From the NCBI GenBank assembly GCA_963765765.1, contig CAVXYC010000030.1:32001-96000 (forward strand): DNA of 64,000 nucleotides, written 5' to 3'. Below are positions 9,114 to 20,811 of this stretch, one piece after another. A program made the position numbers and the translations under genes. The stretch comes from an uncultured Chloroflexia bacterium. Lineage in GTDB: Bacteria > Chloroflexota > UBA6077 > JACCZL01. The notes beneath the pieces are model-generated. The model saw nothing but the letters and a program-made list of their open reading frames with translations. It ran no database searches and was not told where the DNA came from. How positions within the stretch are numbered: the first letter of the stretch is position 1; each line of letters starts with the position of its first letter.

Positions 9114-10865
9114 ATGCACGGCAACGATCTCCGTTTTGGACTCCATAAGTCCGCTCAGCTTGCGGCCGCGGCGCTTTTCGCCGCCGCGTGCAGTGCCCCG
9201 TCCGCGCCTCCCAGCGCGCCGACGGCCGTGCCGAAAAGTGAGGCGGCTCAACCTACCCAATCGGCGGTTGCGCCTGCCGTCGGGGCGGCAGGCGAATCGA
9301 AGCCTCAGCAGCAGACGCAACCCAGCACCAATCGCGTCGTTATCGCGCTTGCTCCGCCTGCCCGCGAATCCAACGATGTGAAGTTCACCGGCAATACCGA
9401 CCTCTGGGCGCTGCGCCCGATGTACGAGTTCCTCGTTGGAGTGGACCCGCAGACCGGGAAATACACCCCGCAACTCGCCACCGAGTGGCAATTTGACGAG
9501 GCGACATCCTCGGTGCGCTTCAAGCTCCGTCAGAGTGTGCAGTTCCATGGCGGCAACGGCGAGTTCACCGCGAAAGACGTTGTCTTCACCCGTGAGCAAA
9601 TGCGCACGGAGGATGTGATCAACGGCTGGCGCACCTTCTTTGACTCAGCAATTAAGGATATCGAGGTTGTGAACGATTACGAGGTGGTGTTTCACCTCTC
9701 GCGGTCGGACCCGAACCTGCTGAACATCATTTCCGAGGGTGAGAACGGCTTCGAGATCCGCAGTAAGGCCCATTTTGACAAGCTGGGCGCGCCCGCGATG
9801 GAGGGCCAGCCGCTGGCCGGTACGGGCCCCTACCAGTTCAAGGAGCGAGCTCAATCCCAGTACATCCGCTACGAACGAGTGCCGTATCAGCACTGGCGGA
9901 TCACACCGGATTTCCCCGAGCTTGAGTACCGATTCTCGCGTGAGGCGTCCACGCGCCTGGCCGCGCTCCAGGCAGGTGAGGTGCATCTCACGGTCCTTCC
10001 GGACGATCTGGTCGTCGATGCGGAGCGGAAGGGCTTCAAGACGCTCAGCAGCACGCTGCCCGGGTTGCGCACGTTCATGCGTTACTACTGCTGCGTTCTG
10101 AAGGACCCGAAGAATCCGGACGCTGGCTGGGAGTATCCAGACAGTCCACTCATGGACGTACGGGTACGCAAGGCGCTCAACAAAGCGATCAATCGCGATG
10201 AGATCAACAAGGCGTTCTTTGGTGGCAAGGCTGAGCTGATGATGCTGACGATGCATCACCCAACTCGCCAGGGATGGGACCCTTCCTGGGTGCAGCGTTG
10301 GCCAGAGGAGTACGGATACGACCCCGCCGCCGCGCGGGCATTGCTGGCGGAAGCGGGTTTCGGTGCCAACAAGCCGCTGACGACGAATCTGTTCGTCCAA
10401 ACGCTTCCGTCCATCGGCCCTGCCACCGATGTGCAGGAATCGGTGGGCGGCTTTTGGCGGGCCATTGGCGTGCAAGTGGAGCTGCTCTCCACCGACCCGA
10501 CGGAGATTAGCAACAACACCCGCCAGCGTAAGTACTCCAACCACATCCAGATGAATTCCACCAACTCCTCTATGTTCACGGGTTTGACCGGCTACTTCCT
10601 CACATGGGGTGGTCGGAATAACGGCTACGAGGATGTAGACGTGGACCGCTACACGCTTGACGCGGTTAGCACGTTCGATGAAGGGAAGCAGGAGGAGGCG
10701 TATCGCAAGGTTGGCGAGTCGATGTTCACCAAGCAGCCCGCGATACCCCTCTTCTGGCTGCCCGCCCTGTCAGTCGCCAATCCGAAGATTGTGTCGGAGT
10801 ACACCTACCCGGGTAATATCACCGGCACCTGGACGCACCAGTACACGATCAAGGCGGCGAAATAG
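9114..10865 (+). CDS. ABC family-5 substrate-binding lipoprotein
   Basis: Lipobox AAAC, PQLATEW, GTGPYQFKE, RVRKALNKAINRD; intact 583 aa. Confidence 0.92.
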   Translation: MHGNDLRFGLHKSAQLAAAALFAAACSAPSAPPSAPTAVPKSEAAQPTQSAVAPAVGAAGESKPQQQTQPSTNRVVIALAPPARESNDVKFTGNTDLWALRPMYEFLVGVDPQTGKYTPQLATEWQFDEATSSVRFKLRQSVQFHGGNGEFTAKDVVFTREQMRTEDVINGWRTFFDSAIKDIEVVNDYEVVFHLSRSDPNLLNIISEGENGFEIRSKAHFDKLGAPAMEGQPLAGTGPYQFKERAQSQYIRYERVPYQHWRITPDFPELEYRFSREASTRLAALQAGEVHLTVLPDDLVVDAERKGFKTLSSTLPGLRTFMRYYCCVLKDPKNPDAGWEYPDSPLMDVRVRKALNKAINRDEINKAFFGGKAELMMLTMHHPTRQGWDPSWVQRWPEEYGYDPAAARALLAEAGFGANKPLTTNLFVQTLPSIGPATDVQESVGGFWRAIGVQVELLSTDPTEISNNTRQRKYSNHIQMNSTNSSMFTGLTGYFLTWGGRNNGYEDVDVDRYTLDAVSTFDEGKQEEAYRKVGESMFTKQPAIPLFWLPALSVANPKIVSEYTYPGNITGTWTHQYTIKAAK

Positions 10866-10879
10866 CTCGCTTTTCCTCG

Positions 10880-10905
10880 GTGGGACAGGCGTCTCGCCTG
10901 TCCCA
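10880..10905. repeat. REP-like hairpin / terminator between convergent genes
   Basis: TGGGACAGGCG-TCT-CGCCTGTCCCA, 11-bp stem with a GTGG foot. Confidence 0.6.
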
Positions 10906-10957
10906 GCCCCCTGGGACTTGCAAGCTGATTTGCAATTTCGCGGGGGTGAGCGACGGC

Positions 10958-11203
10958 TTAGCGTGAACGCCAGGCCATACGCATGTACACGTCCCTCTGG
11001 CGTAGCTCGTCCAGCATCTGTTGCAGTCGCTTCGCTCGAGTCTCCTCGCGCTTGGCACGCATGATCCAGCCGATGTAGTCGTTGCGCTGATATTCGGGGC
11101 GCGCATCGTAAGCACCCATGAGCTCATTCGCCATCAGAGCTTCGCGGACAAATTCTGGCATGGGATTGATCGAGCGAGTGAGGCGCGATGGTGTCTCGGG
11201 CAT
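10958..11203 (-). CDS. YdeI/OmpD-associated small protein
   Basis: MPEFVREAL...YDARPEYQRNDYIGWIMRAKREETRAKRLQQMLDEL. Confidence 0.85.
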   Translation of the reverse strand: MPETPSRLTRSINPMPEFVREALMANELMGAYDARPEYQRNDYIGWIMRAKREETRAKRLQQMLDELRQRDVYMRMAWRSR

Positions 11204-11243
11204 GATCTGAAATCATAACGCTCGCTGACCTCAGCCCCTGGGT

Positions 11244-11357
11244 CCGCCGACATCGTGTCGACCCGGCCCACGAGGGCCGCTCGAGACGACTCCGACGCTA
11301 GACGTCTTGGTGTGCGTGAGGCGGCCCTCGTGGGCCGGGTCGACACGATGTCGGCGG
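11244..11357. repeat. Perfect 37-bp inverted repeat with a 40-nt loop (REPIN/MITE-like)
   Basis: CCGCCGACATCGTGTCGACCCGGCCCACGAGGGCCGC at 11244-11280 and its exact reverse complement at 11321-11357. Confidence 0.85.
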
Positions 11358-11479
11358 TCCCGGTCACTGATTTCACCGCAGTTTTGGTCTGGTCAAACTG
11401 GCGGCCAGCGGGTGCGGAGACCCGCGCACAGGGTTGAGTCCGCGCTCGCCTGCTGCTCAGCGGTACACTCAGCCTTGAT

Positions 11480-12694
11480 ATGAGTGTTCCTTCACCCTCC
11501 GGAAGCGCGGAGACCGAGGCCGGCTCCGCCACCCGCACTCGCACACTGGGCGTCGCGCTCCTTGCCGGATCGCACGCGATCAATGACTCCTATGCGTTTG
11601 TGCTGCCGGCTCTGCTGCCGGTGCTCTTGCCCGGCCTCGGCATAAGTCTCAGCCTGGCCGGTGTGCTGGTGATGATCCAGCAGATTACATCGTCATTTGT
11701 CCAGCCGCTTCTGGGTCACGCGGCAGACCGCGCCCATGGCGGGCGCTGGATGTCCTGGACTGGAGTTCTTCTCTGCGGCCTCTCCGCCTCGGCATTGGGC
11801 CTGGTATCAGGGTTCCCCATCCTGGCGCTTCTGATGTTCCTCAACGGATTGGGCACCGCGTTATGGCATCCGGTCAGTGCGGGGCTCGTATCGGTATCCG
11901 CGCCGCCGGATCGGCGTGGCCTCTGGATGAGCGTGTATATCAGCGCAGGCAATTTTGGCCTTGGGCTTGGTCCGCTGATGGTGGGATTGGTCGTAAGCCA
12001 GACGGGCCTCGGCGGTACCTGGATTCTCGCCATCCCCGCGCTGATCTGTGGAGCGCTGGTCTGGAAATTTGCCCCGGTAAGGCCTGCATCAGTTCGGCCA
12101 ACGCAGGATTCGCTCTGGACAATTCTGAAGCGCCACCGAAGAATACTCGGCGGGCTCATCGCGGTTGTCACAACGCGCTCCTGGGCCGTCACCGCGTTCC
12201 AGACATTTCTCCCGCTCTATGCTGCGGGGAAAGGCGCCAATTCGTTGGAGGCGGCTCAAACCCTCACCGTCTATCTCGTTGCTGGCGCTGTCGGGGGACT
12301 TGTGGGCGGCTCAATTGCTGATCGACTCGGTCGAGATCGTGTGATCATTGGCAGCATGCTCTTGAGTGCGCCGTTTTCGTTGGCGCTGGCCTTTCAGAAT
12401 GAAGTGGGTCCAACGTTCTGGATATGCGCGGCGATGAGTGGCTTCCTACTCAATGGCTCGTTCGTGGTGCTCACGGTACGCGGCCAGGAGAGCATCCCCG
12501 GGAGCGTAAGCATGATGAGCGGTATGATGCTCGGACTCTCCATCGGCCTGGGTGCGATCATCGTGACGCCGATGGCCGCGGCGGCGGAGCAGGTGGGACT
12601 TGCGCCAATGATCGTTTTCTCGGCTTTGCTCGCACCCATCGGCGCGGCGTTGATGACGTTGGTTCCCAAGGCGCCGAGCCAGAACAGCGCATAA
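11480..12694 (+). CDS. MFS transporter (Fsr-like)
   Basis: About 12 hydrophobic segments, HAINDSY, QPLLGHAADR, GTALWHP, GGSIADRLGR. Confidence 0.9.
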   Translation: MSVPSPSGSAETEAGSATRTRTLGVALLAGSHAINDSYAFVLPALLPVLLPGLGISLSLAGVLVMIQQITSSFVQPLLGHAADRAHGGRWMSWTGVLLCGLSASALGLVSGFPILALLMFLNGLGTALWHPVSAGLVSVSAPPDRRGLWMSVYISAGNFGLGLGPLMVGLVVSQTGLGGTWILAIPALICGALVWKFAPVRPASVRPTQDSLWTILKRHRRILGGLIAVVTTRSWAVTAFQTFLPLYAAGKGANSLEAAQTLTVYLVAGAVGGLVGGSIADRLGRDRVIIGSMLLSAPFSLALAFQNEVGPTFWICAAMSGFLLNGSFVVLTVRGQESIPGSVSMMSGMMLGLSIGLGAIIVTPMAAAAEQVGLAPMIVFSALLAPIGAALMTLVPKAPSQNSA

Positions 12695-12753
12695 TTTCAG
12701 ACGATGAGGTGGGGATCCTCCCCGCCTATACTGGGGCTTGAAAGGAAATCCTG

Positions 12754-14072
<1,319 letters not shown>

Positions 14073-14099
14073 TTATCGCGCGTTCGAGGGTTGATCTGA

Positions 14100-14417
14100 A
14101 TGAGTGCTACGTTCGTACCCGTGGCTGAGCTCGATGAGCTCACGGAATTGAACATGAAGGTCGTCAAGGTGGGGGGGCGAGATGTCATCGTCACGCTCGT
14201 AGACGGCAAGCCGATTGCTTTTGAGCGAAGCTGTCCTCATGAAGGTGGGCTTCTGGAGCAAGGGGTTATCTACAAGGGCTCCGTCTATTGTGACGACCAC
14301 GGCTGGGCGTTTGACGTGGAGACTGGTACGTGTACGCAGCCGAAGGGGGGACCAACGATGGCCGTCTTCCCCATCGAGGAGCACGATGGCAAATGGTGCG
14401 TGCGGGTGGACGGCTAA
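14100..14417 (+). CDS. Rieske [2Fe-2S] ferredoxin
   Basis: CPH...CDDHGWAFD. Confidence 0.9.
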   Translation: MSATFVPVAELDELTELNMKVVKVGGRDVIVTLVDGKPIAFERSCPHEGGLLEQGVIYKGSVYCDDHGWAFDVETGTCTQPKGGPTMAVFPIEEHDGKWCVRVDG

Positions 14418-14649
14418 CACTCAGCGCGAAAGCTGCCCTGAGGGCGCGACACACCGCGCTCGTCTTCGCTCCAGGATCTGACGCAGTGACCCTTACGGGC
14501 GTTAGCTAGATCGCTCCACTCCTCGAGATCGCCTGAGGGAGGTCTCGGCGCCGTAAAGGGACGCGCCGTCCGTCACTTTGGCCCTCCTGGACCAGCATTG
14601 ATGTCACTATCATGCGGTGACCAGTTAGGATCGACAGGGGGTTGCTGAC

Positions 14650-15567
14650 ATGAAGATCGTACTCTATGACGACTATCGAGTGGGACTGTTGCGCAACGAT
14701 GAGGTGGTGGACGTCAATGATGTGGTGAAGCCCGTCGCTGGACCGACGCCACAGCTCACCGTTGAAGGACTCATCACGAACTTCATGACCGTACGGTCCG
14801 ATCTGCTGGCTCGGCTCGAGAGTGGAAGCGGTGTTCCATTGTCTTCAGTGAAATTGCGGCCGCCAGTCCCGAAGCCTGGCAAGATCGTCGCCATGGGCGG
14901 GAACTTTGGTGAGGGCGTTGGCAAGAAGGGCGAGATGTGGGGATTCCTCAAGTCACCGGATGGGGTGATAGGCGACGGCGATATCGTGACGCTGCCTCCG
15001 CACGACGCAAACATATTTCATCACGAGGCGGAGCTCGTTGCGGTCATCGGCCACACGGTCAAGAACGTCAAGCGGGACGATGCGCTCAAGGCGATCTTTG
15101 GCTACACCTGTGGTGTGGACGTGTCAGGCAGATTCCCGCCGAGCGCCAGGCAGCAGTTCGCGAAGTCGTTCGATACGTTTGCGCCGATCGGACCTTGCAT
15201 TGCCACCTGGGATGAGGTTCCCGATCCGCATGCTTTGCAGGTGCGGCTCTGGGTGGACGGCCAGCCGCGGCATGATTACCCGATGAACGACATCGCCCAC
15301 TCCATCGAAGAGAGCATCGAATGGATGACGGGTATCCTGACGCTCCATCCGGGCGACCTCTTCTTCCTGGGCACCAACCACCAGGGGATCGGGCCGCTCC
15401 AGGACGGCGAGCACGCCGAGATCGAGATCAGCCAAATCGGCCGCTTCGGGTTCAACGTCTCCGATCCGCTCAAGCGCCGTTGGCCCGTGGGTGTGGACCA
15501 GGATTCCGCGGATGACGTGCGCCTTGGAAAGGGCGGGCCTGGCATGCGAGCGCGGCCGCTGGGGTAA
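14650..15567 (+). CDS. Fumarylacetoacetate hydrolase family protein
   Basis: PGKIVAMGGNF, HHEAELVAVIG, FGYTCGVDVS, KSFDTFAPIGP. Confidence 0.92.
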   Translation: MKIVLYDDYRVGLLRNDEVVDVNDVVKPVAGPTPQLTVEGLITNFMTVRSDLLARLESGSGVPLSSVKLRPPVPKPGKIVAMGGNFGEGVGKKGEMWGFLKSPDGVIGDGDIVTLPPHDANIFHHEAELVAVIGHTVKNVKRDDALKAIFGYTCGVDVSGRFPPSARQQFAKSFDTFAPIGPCIATWDEVPDPHALQVRLWVDGQPRHDYPMNDIAHSIEESIEWMTGILTLHPGDLFFLGTNHQGIGPLQDGEHAEIEISQIGRFGFNVSDPLKRRWPVGVDQDSADDVRLGKGGPGMRARPLG

Positions 15568-15600
15568 GGCGCCGAGCCGGTACGCTCGAGAAGATAGCTC

Positions 15601-17099
15601 ATGAAGCTGCTCAGCGGCTCGCCAAGCGTGGCGCTGATCTCACTGACCATACTGCTGGTCCATCTCGCGGCGAATCACCAGTACGGCTTCCATCGCGACG
15701 AGCTCGGGTTTCTGGATGATGGCCGCTTCCTCGACTGGGGCTACGTCTCATATCCACCGGTCACGCCGTTCTTAGCCCGCGTTACCACCGAGCTGCTGGG
15801 CACATCGCCGACCGCGCTTCGGGCTCTTCCGTCACTGGCCCAGGCGACGGCGGTGCTTCTCTCAGGGTTGATCGCCCTCGAGCTTGGCGGTGGTCTCAGG
15901 GCTCAGGCGATAGCTGCATCGGCGGTAGCGATCGCGCCATTTTCGGTACTCATGGGCGGGCTGTTTCTCTACGTCTCGTTTGAGTACCTCCTCTGGGTTG
16001 CCATTGCGTACTCCGTTGTTCGCCTGCTCAAGTCAGAAAATGAGGTCTGGTGGGTACCAATTGGCGTGCTGTTTGGCCTCGGCATGATGACCAAGTACAG
16101 CATTGCCGTGTGCGCGCTTGGGCTGGCAGTCGGTCTTCTTCTCACCCGGCTCGGCGTCTGCTGCGATCAGGCTGGCTGCTCGTCGGAGCGCTGATTGCGC
16201 TCGTGATCGTTACGCCGAACCTCATCTGGCAGGCGCAACACGGGTTCGTGTCGCTCGAGTTCTTGCGCAGCATTCACGATCGTGATGTGCGCATCGGACG
16301 CACGCAATCGTACCTGTCGGATCAGCTCTTCGTCGGCGCCAGTGTGGTCACGCTGCCACTCTGGCTCGGTGGGCTCTGGTTCTACCTTCGTTCGGCATCG
16401 GGCGCACCGTTTCGAACGCTGGGCTGGATGTACGTCGTTCCGTTCGTCGTGTTTCTGGTGTCACAGGGCCGCGGGTATTACCTGGCTCCGGCCTACCCGA
16501 TGCTCCTGGCGGCAGGTGCCGTGGTGTTGGACGACGTAATTGCTCGAAGATCGAGAAACATGAGGCGTCTGGCTACCATCGGTGTTGGACTGCTGATGGC
16601 CGTTGGTGGGCTGGTGAGCGCCGCTCTGATGCTCCCGATCGCTCCGGTGGGCTCGTCACTGTGGGAGATCTCGTCGAAGGTCCACGACAACTTTGCTGAG
16701 CAGATTGGCTGGGAGGAGCTGACCCAGATCACTGCCGACGTGTACTTCTCGATACCCGAAACAGAACGGCCGGCCACCGCGATACTCGCTGCCAATTACG
16801 GCGAAGTGGGAGCGCTGAATCTGTACGGCCCGAGCCGTGGATTGCCTGCTCCACTGAGCGGCGTCAACACGTCCTGGTACCGCGGGCTGGGCACTCCCGA
16901 GCCGGCGCGGCTCATCTTGTTGGGATACCGACGGGAAGCCGCACTTACCTTCTTCGAACAGTGCGAGCTCGCGGCCCTTGTCTCTTTCGCATCCGGAATC
17001 AAGAACGAGGAGAGCCGTGACCACCCCGAGATATTCCTGTGTCAGGGTCTTCGTCAACCGTGGCCCGAGACCTGGGCTGCGCTGCGTCATTTCGGCTGA
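15601..17099 (+). CDS. GT39/ArnT-like membrane glycosyltransferase (frameshift about 16148)
   Basis: YGFHRDE, LDWGYVSYPP, GMMTKYS, PNLIWQ; two overlapping ORFs. Confidence 0.85.
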
Positions 17100-17222
17100 C
17101 GAATCCAGGAAGGCCGACGCGCAGTCGCCCGAGCCGTCAGGAGAGCCACCGAAGTGATTCCCAGTCTGTCTAACGACTCCTCACCCCGCCGCGGCGCGCT
17201 GGGTCGGAAACAAGTACTCCGG

Positions 17223-17390
17223 TGCATGTAGTGAGCGCTTCAGCGCTTTTTCGCGGATGGCAGAAAGCGAGCGGAGCGATGCGGATTTCGGCAGAGGAGA
17301 TTAACCGGTAGCCTCCCAGTGATCGAAGTCCGCATCGCTTCGCTCGCTCACGGATTCCATGAAAAAGCGCTGAAGCGCTCACTACATGCA
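17223..17390. repeat. GTAG-type REP doublet (REPIN-like long hairpin)
   Basis: Perfect 30-bp IR TGCATGTAGTGAGCGCTTCAGCGCTTTTTC (17223-52 / 17361-90) plus inner 25-bp IR (17266-90 / 17324-48, 23/25). Confidence 0.85.
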
Positions 17391-17530
17391 GCGGGAGTCA
17401 GAGCCTGCTTAGCGGACTGACAGGATGCCGGCGATCCCGGACACTCGCGAACGTCCATAGGATTTACTTGACGACTGGACCCATTGCCAGTAGCCTGCTT
17501 TCAACTCGGCGGTGGGAGAGGAACTGGGTC

Positions 17531-18823
17531 TTGCTAAGCGAGAAAGAGAATGAGCAGCTAACCGGCGTCGGGCCCGGTACACCGGGAGGCGAGCTGCTGC
17601 GACGCTACTGGCATCCCGTTGCGGCAAGTGTGGAGCTCGACGAGAGCCCCTTCCGCACCAAGGAGCTCATGATCCTCGGCGAAGAGCTGGTGCTCTACCG
17701 AGATCGGAGCGGCACCCTTGGACTCCTGGATCGCTATTGCACTCATCGGCGGGTCAATCTCGCCATAGGCGTGGTTGAGAATGATGGCATCCGATGCCAG
17801 TATCACGGTTGGAAGTTCAACGAGACGGGTGCGTGTATCGAGCAGCCATTCGAGGACACGGTTCACCCCGAGGCCCTCTTTCGGCAGAAGTGCGGCATCA
17901 AGAGCTATCCGGTACGAGAGCTCGCCGGGCTTATCTTCGCCTACATGGGGCCGCTCCCCGCGCCGGAGCTGCCACAGTGGGAGCCGCTTACCTGGACGAA
18001 CGCCGTTCGCGATATCGCGGTGACGGAGCTGCCGTGCAACTGGTTGCAGTGCCAGGAGAACTCCGTGGATCCCATTCACAATGAGTGGCTCCACAACTAC
18101 TTCGGCAACTACGTAGCCACTATGCGCAAGGAGCAGAGCTTCGCGTATATCGGCACTGCCGGGCGCCCTACCAGGAAGATCGCGTTCGATCAGTTTGAGT
18201 ATGGAATCATCAAGCGCCGCATGGTGGAAGGCGATACCGGTGAGGAAGAGGACTGGAAGGTCGGTCACCCCATCCTTTTCCCCAACGTGCTGCTCACGGG
18301 CAACCAATTTGGTTACACGATGCAGTTTCGCGTGCCTATCGACGATGAGCGGACGTATCACGTCTCGCAGTACATTTTTCCCGCGGCACCGGGGCAGGAA
18401 GCACCAGAGCAGGAGAGTGTGCCGTGTCGCGTGGTGCCGCTACGAGAAGACGAGAAGAACTGGATCTTGAACTACACCTTTAACCAGGACTACATGGCCT
18501 GGTTCACTCAGGGCGCCATTGCCAAGCGGCATCTGGAAAAGCTGGGAGAATCGGATCGAGGCGTGATCCTGTTCCGGTTCATGCTCCAGCAGCAGATGGA
18601 GCGCGTGCGCGAGGGTGAGGATCCAATCAATGTATTCCGCGACGCGCACAAGGCCTCGTTTCTGAGCTTCCCCATGGAGAAGGTAAAGCACGGTCGCACG
18701 CGTCGACCGACCTATCGGCCCGGTGAGGCCGGGTACAGCCGAGATGCGGAGCTCATCGAGGCAACGTTGGCCACCTGGGACGCCATTCCCGAGCATCGCC
18801 GCGAGCCGGTGGGCGCTCGCTGA
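17531..18823 (+). CDS. Rieske non-heme iron oxygenase (phthalate 4,5-dioxygenase/LigXa-like group)
   Basis: TGVGPGTPGGELLRRYWHP, CTHR...CQYHGW, ENSVDPIHNEWLH, NQDYMAW; TTG start with RBS. Confidence 0.92.
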   Translation: MLSEKENEQLTGVGPGTPGGELLRRYWHPVAASVELDESPFRTKELMILGEELVLYRDRSGTLGLLDRYCTHRRVNLAIGVVENDGIRCQYHGWKFNETGACIEQPFEDTVHPEALFRQKCGIKSYPVRELAGLIFAYMGPLPAPELPQWEPLTWTNAVRDIAVTELPCNWLQCQENSVDPIHNEWLHNYFGNYVATMRKEQSFAYIGTAGRPTRKIAFDQFEYGIIKRRMVEGDTGEEEDWKVGHPILFPNVLLTGNQFGYTMQFRVPIDDERTYHVSQYIFPAAPGQEAPEQESVPCRVVPLREDEKNWILNYTFNQDYMAWFTQGAIAKRHLEKLGESDRGVILFRFMLQQQMERVREGEDPINVFRDAHKASFLSFPMEKVKHGRTRRPTYRPGEAGYSRDAELIEATLATWDAIPEHRREPVGAR

Positions 18824-18840
18824 ACACGGGAGGATTGTTG

Positions 18841-20101
18841 ATGAAGACAAATCCGCCGCTCTCACGTCGAGAGCTTCTTCGCCTGGTCGGTATGAGCAGT
18901 GCCGCGGCATTAGTGGCGGCCTGCTCGCCGGCTGCGCCGGCCGCGCCCACCGCCGCACCGGCTAAGCCAACAGAGGCGGCGGCTACAGCCGGCGGGCTCG
19001 CCTGCCGCTGCGGCTTCACCGGCGGCTTCACCCGCTGCCTCTCCGGCGGCGCAGGCCGCTCCAGCGTCAGCCGGCGCATCCACGGCGGAATGGAACGCGG
19101 TCATTGACGCGGCAAAGAAAGAGGGCTCGGTTGCCGTAGCTACATACGCGGGGACCGGCTATCGAAAAGTGATGGATGACTTCGAAGCAGCATACCCGGG
19201 TGTCAAAGTCGAGCACACCCAGTTTCAGTCATCGTCACGCGATTACGTGCCGCGCCTGCTGCAGGAGCGCAAGGCCAATCTCTACGCCTGGGATGTGGCC
19301 TTAATGCCGGCCCCGGAGATGCTTCGGCAGGTCAAGCCCAATGGAGGTCTAGCGCCCATTCGACCGCTGCTTGTTCACCCTGAAGTGGTCAAGGACAGCA
19401 ACTGGATGGACGGCTTCGAAAGCGGCTTCCTGGACAAGGACAAAGGCTATAACTACGCAATTACTCGGGCGCTCTCACAGTCGCTATGGGTGGATTCCAA
19501 CCAGGTAAGGGATGGCGAGATCAAGACGTTTAAAGATCTGCTGGATCCCAAGTGGAAGGGCAAAATCCTGGCTGGCGATCCCCGGACTAAGGGCTCCGGA
19601 TTCAACCTGGCTACCACACTACGGCTGCGCGTCAAAGATGACAGCATCATCCGCCAACTGTGGCTCGACCAGGAAGCTGTGCTCAACACCGATGCGCGTC
19701 AGCTTACCGAGCAGGTTGCTCGGGGTCGCTACGCGATAGGTCTGGGAGCCATTAGCACGCCCATTCTCCAGGACATGCAGGCGCTGGACGTAGGCAAGAA
19801 CGTGAAATGGATCCCGATGCAGGAGCTGGACTATCTCTATAGCGGCTCGAGCATCCTGCACTATCTCGAGAGCGCACCCCACCCCGCAGCGGCGAAGCTT
19901 TTCATCAATTGGGTGCTTACGAAGGAAGGCAGTACCTCCTTTGGCAAGAACATCCAGGACAACAGCCGTCGGGTAGATGTGGAGCCATTCGATCCCGGCG
20001 TCATTCCGCCAAAGGGCCAGGATTTCGTCTTGCTGGATCTGGAGGAGATTCTTCCCGAGATCGAGAAGAGTCAGGAGATCGCAAAAGCGGTATTGAATTA
20101 G
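18841..20101 (+). CDS. Tat-lipoprotein ABC substrate-binding protein, AfuA/SBP_bac_6-like (frameshift about 18995)
   Basis: SRRELL...VAAC signal; DLLDPKWKGKI, APHPAAAKLFINWVLTKEG. Confidence 0.85.
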
Positions 20102-20124
20102 GCGATGCCCTGTTCACAGCCGAC

Positions 20125-20154
20125 AGGCCCTGACGGCAGAACACGTCAGGGCCT
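20125..20154 (+). terminator. Hairpin downstream of the SBP gene
   Basis: AGGCCCTGACG-8 nt-CGTCAGGGCCT followed by CTT. Confidence 0.55.
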
Positions 20155-20218
20155 CTTGTGCCTACCGAGGGCTGGCAGACTAGACCAGGCAGGGTAGCGC
20201 GGCGTCGATGTTGAACGC

Positions 20219-20644
20219 CTAAAGGCGCCCTTCGGTGGCCGAGTCGACTCGGCCACCGAAAAACTTGTCGAGCACCTGCTTGAACAATGGCTCGTCGGGA
20301 GCCGCTCGCAGAAACAACGTCATCGAGGAATGCAGTTTCTGCGCGTCGATGCCACCGAAAATCTGCTCCGCGCCCTGACTCTGCGCCTGGAGAACGAGCT
20401 TCGAGCACTCTTTGAGCCGCGGGCCGAGCACCGGGTGCTCCAAATATGCGATGGCCTCATCCAGCGATGAGATTGCGAACCGGCGCGACATCTCGCTGCT
20501 CCCAAGGCCGGTGATCTGCGGGAACACGAACCACATCCAATGGGTTGCTTTTCGGCCACGACGAAGCTCGTCGACTGCACGGTCCTACGTACCGTTCGCG
20601 TTCTGGGCATCGACGAATCGCTCGAGATCATACGAGTGTGCCAA
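20219..20644 (-). pseudogene. DUF1810 family protein interrupted by in-frame TAG (20587-20585)
   Basis: YDLERFVDAQNANGT*DRAVDELRRGRKATHWMWFVFPQ in one frame. Confidence 0.8.
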
Positions 20645-20811
20645 GGCATAGTCCTGTCTGGTCGTCGCTCTGTCCCTCCGCACCAACCAGAAGCCGTGTT
20701 TCGGGCCACTGGTATCAGGTGTAACCGGGCCTGGGCTAAACGAGTGATCGTGATGAGTCGCGGCCAATCGTTCCCATTCATCTTCCATGATGCACCACAT
20801 ATCATTTCGCG

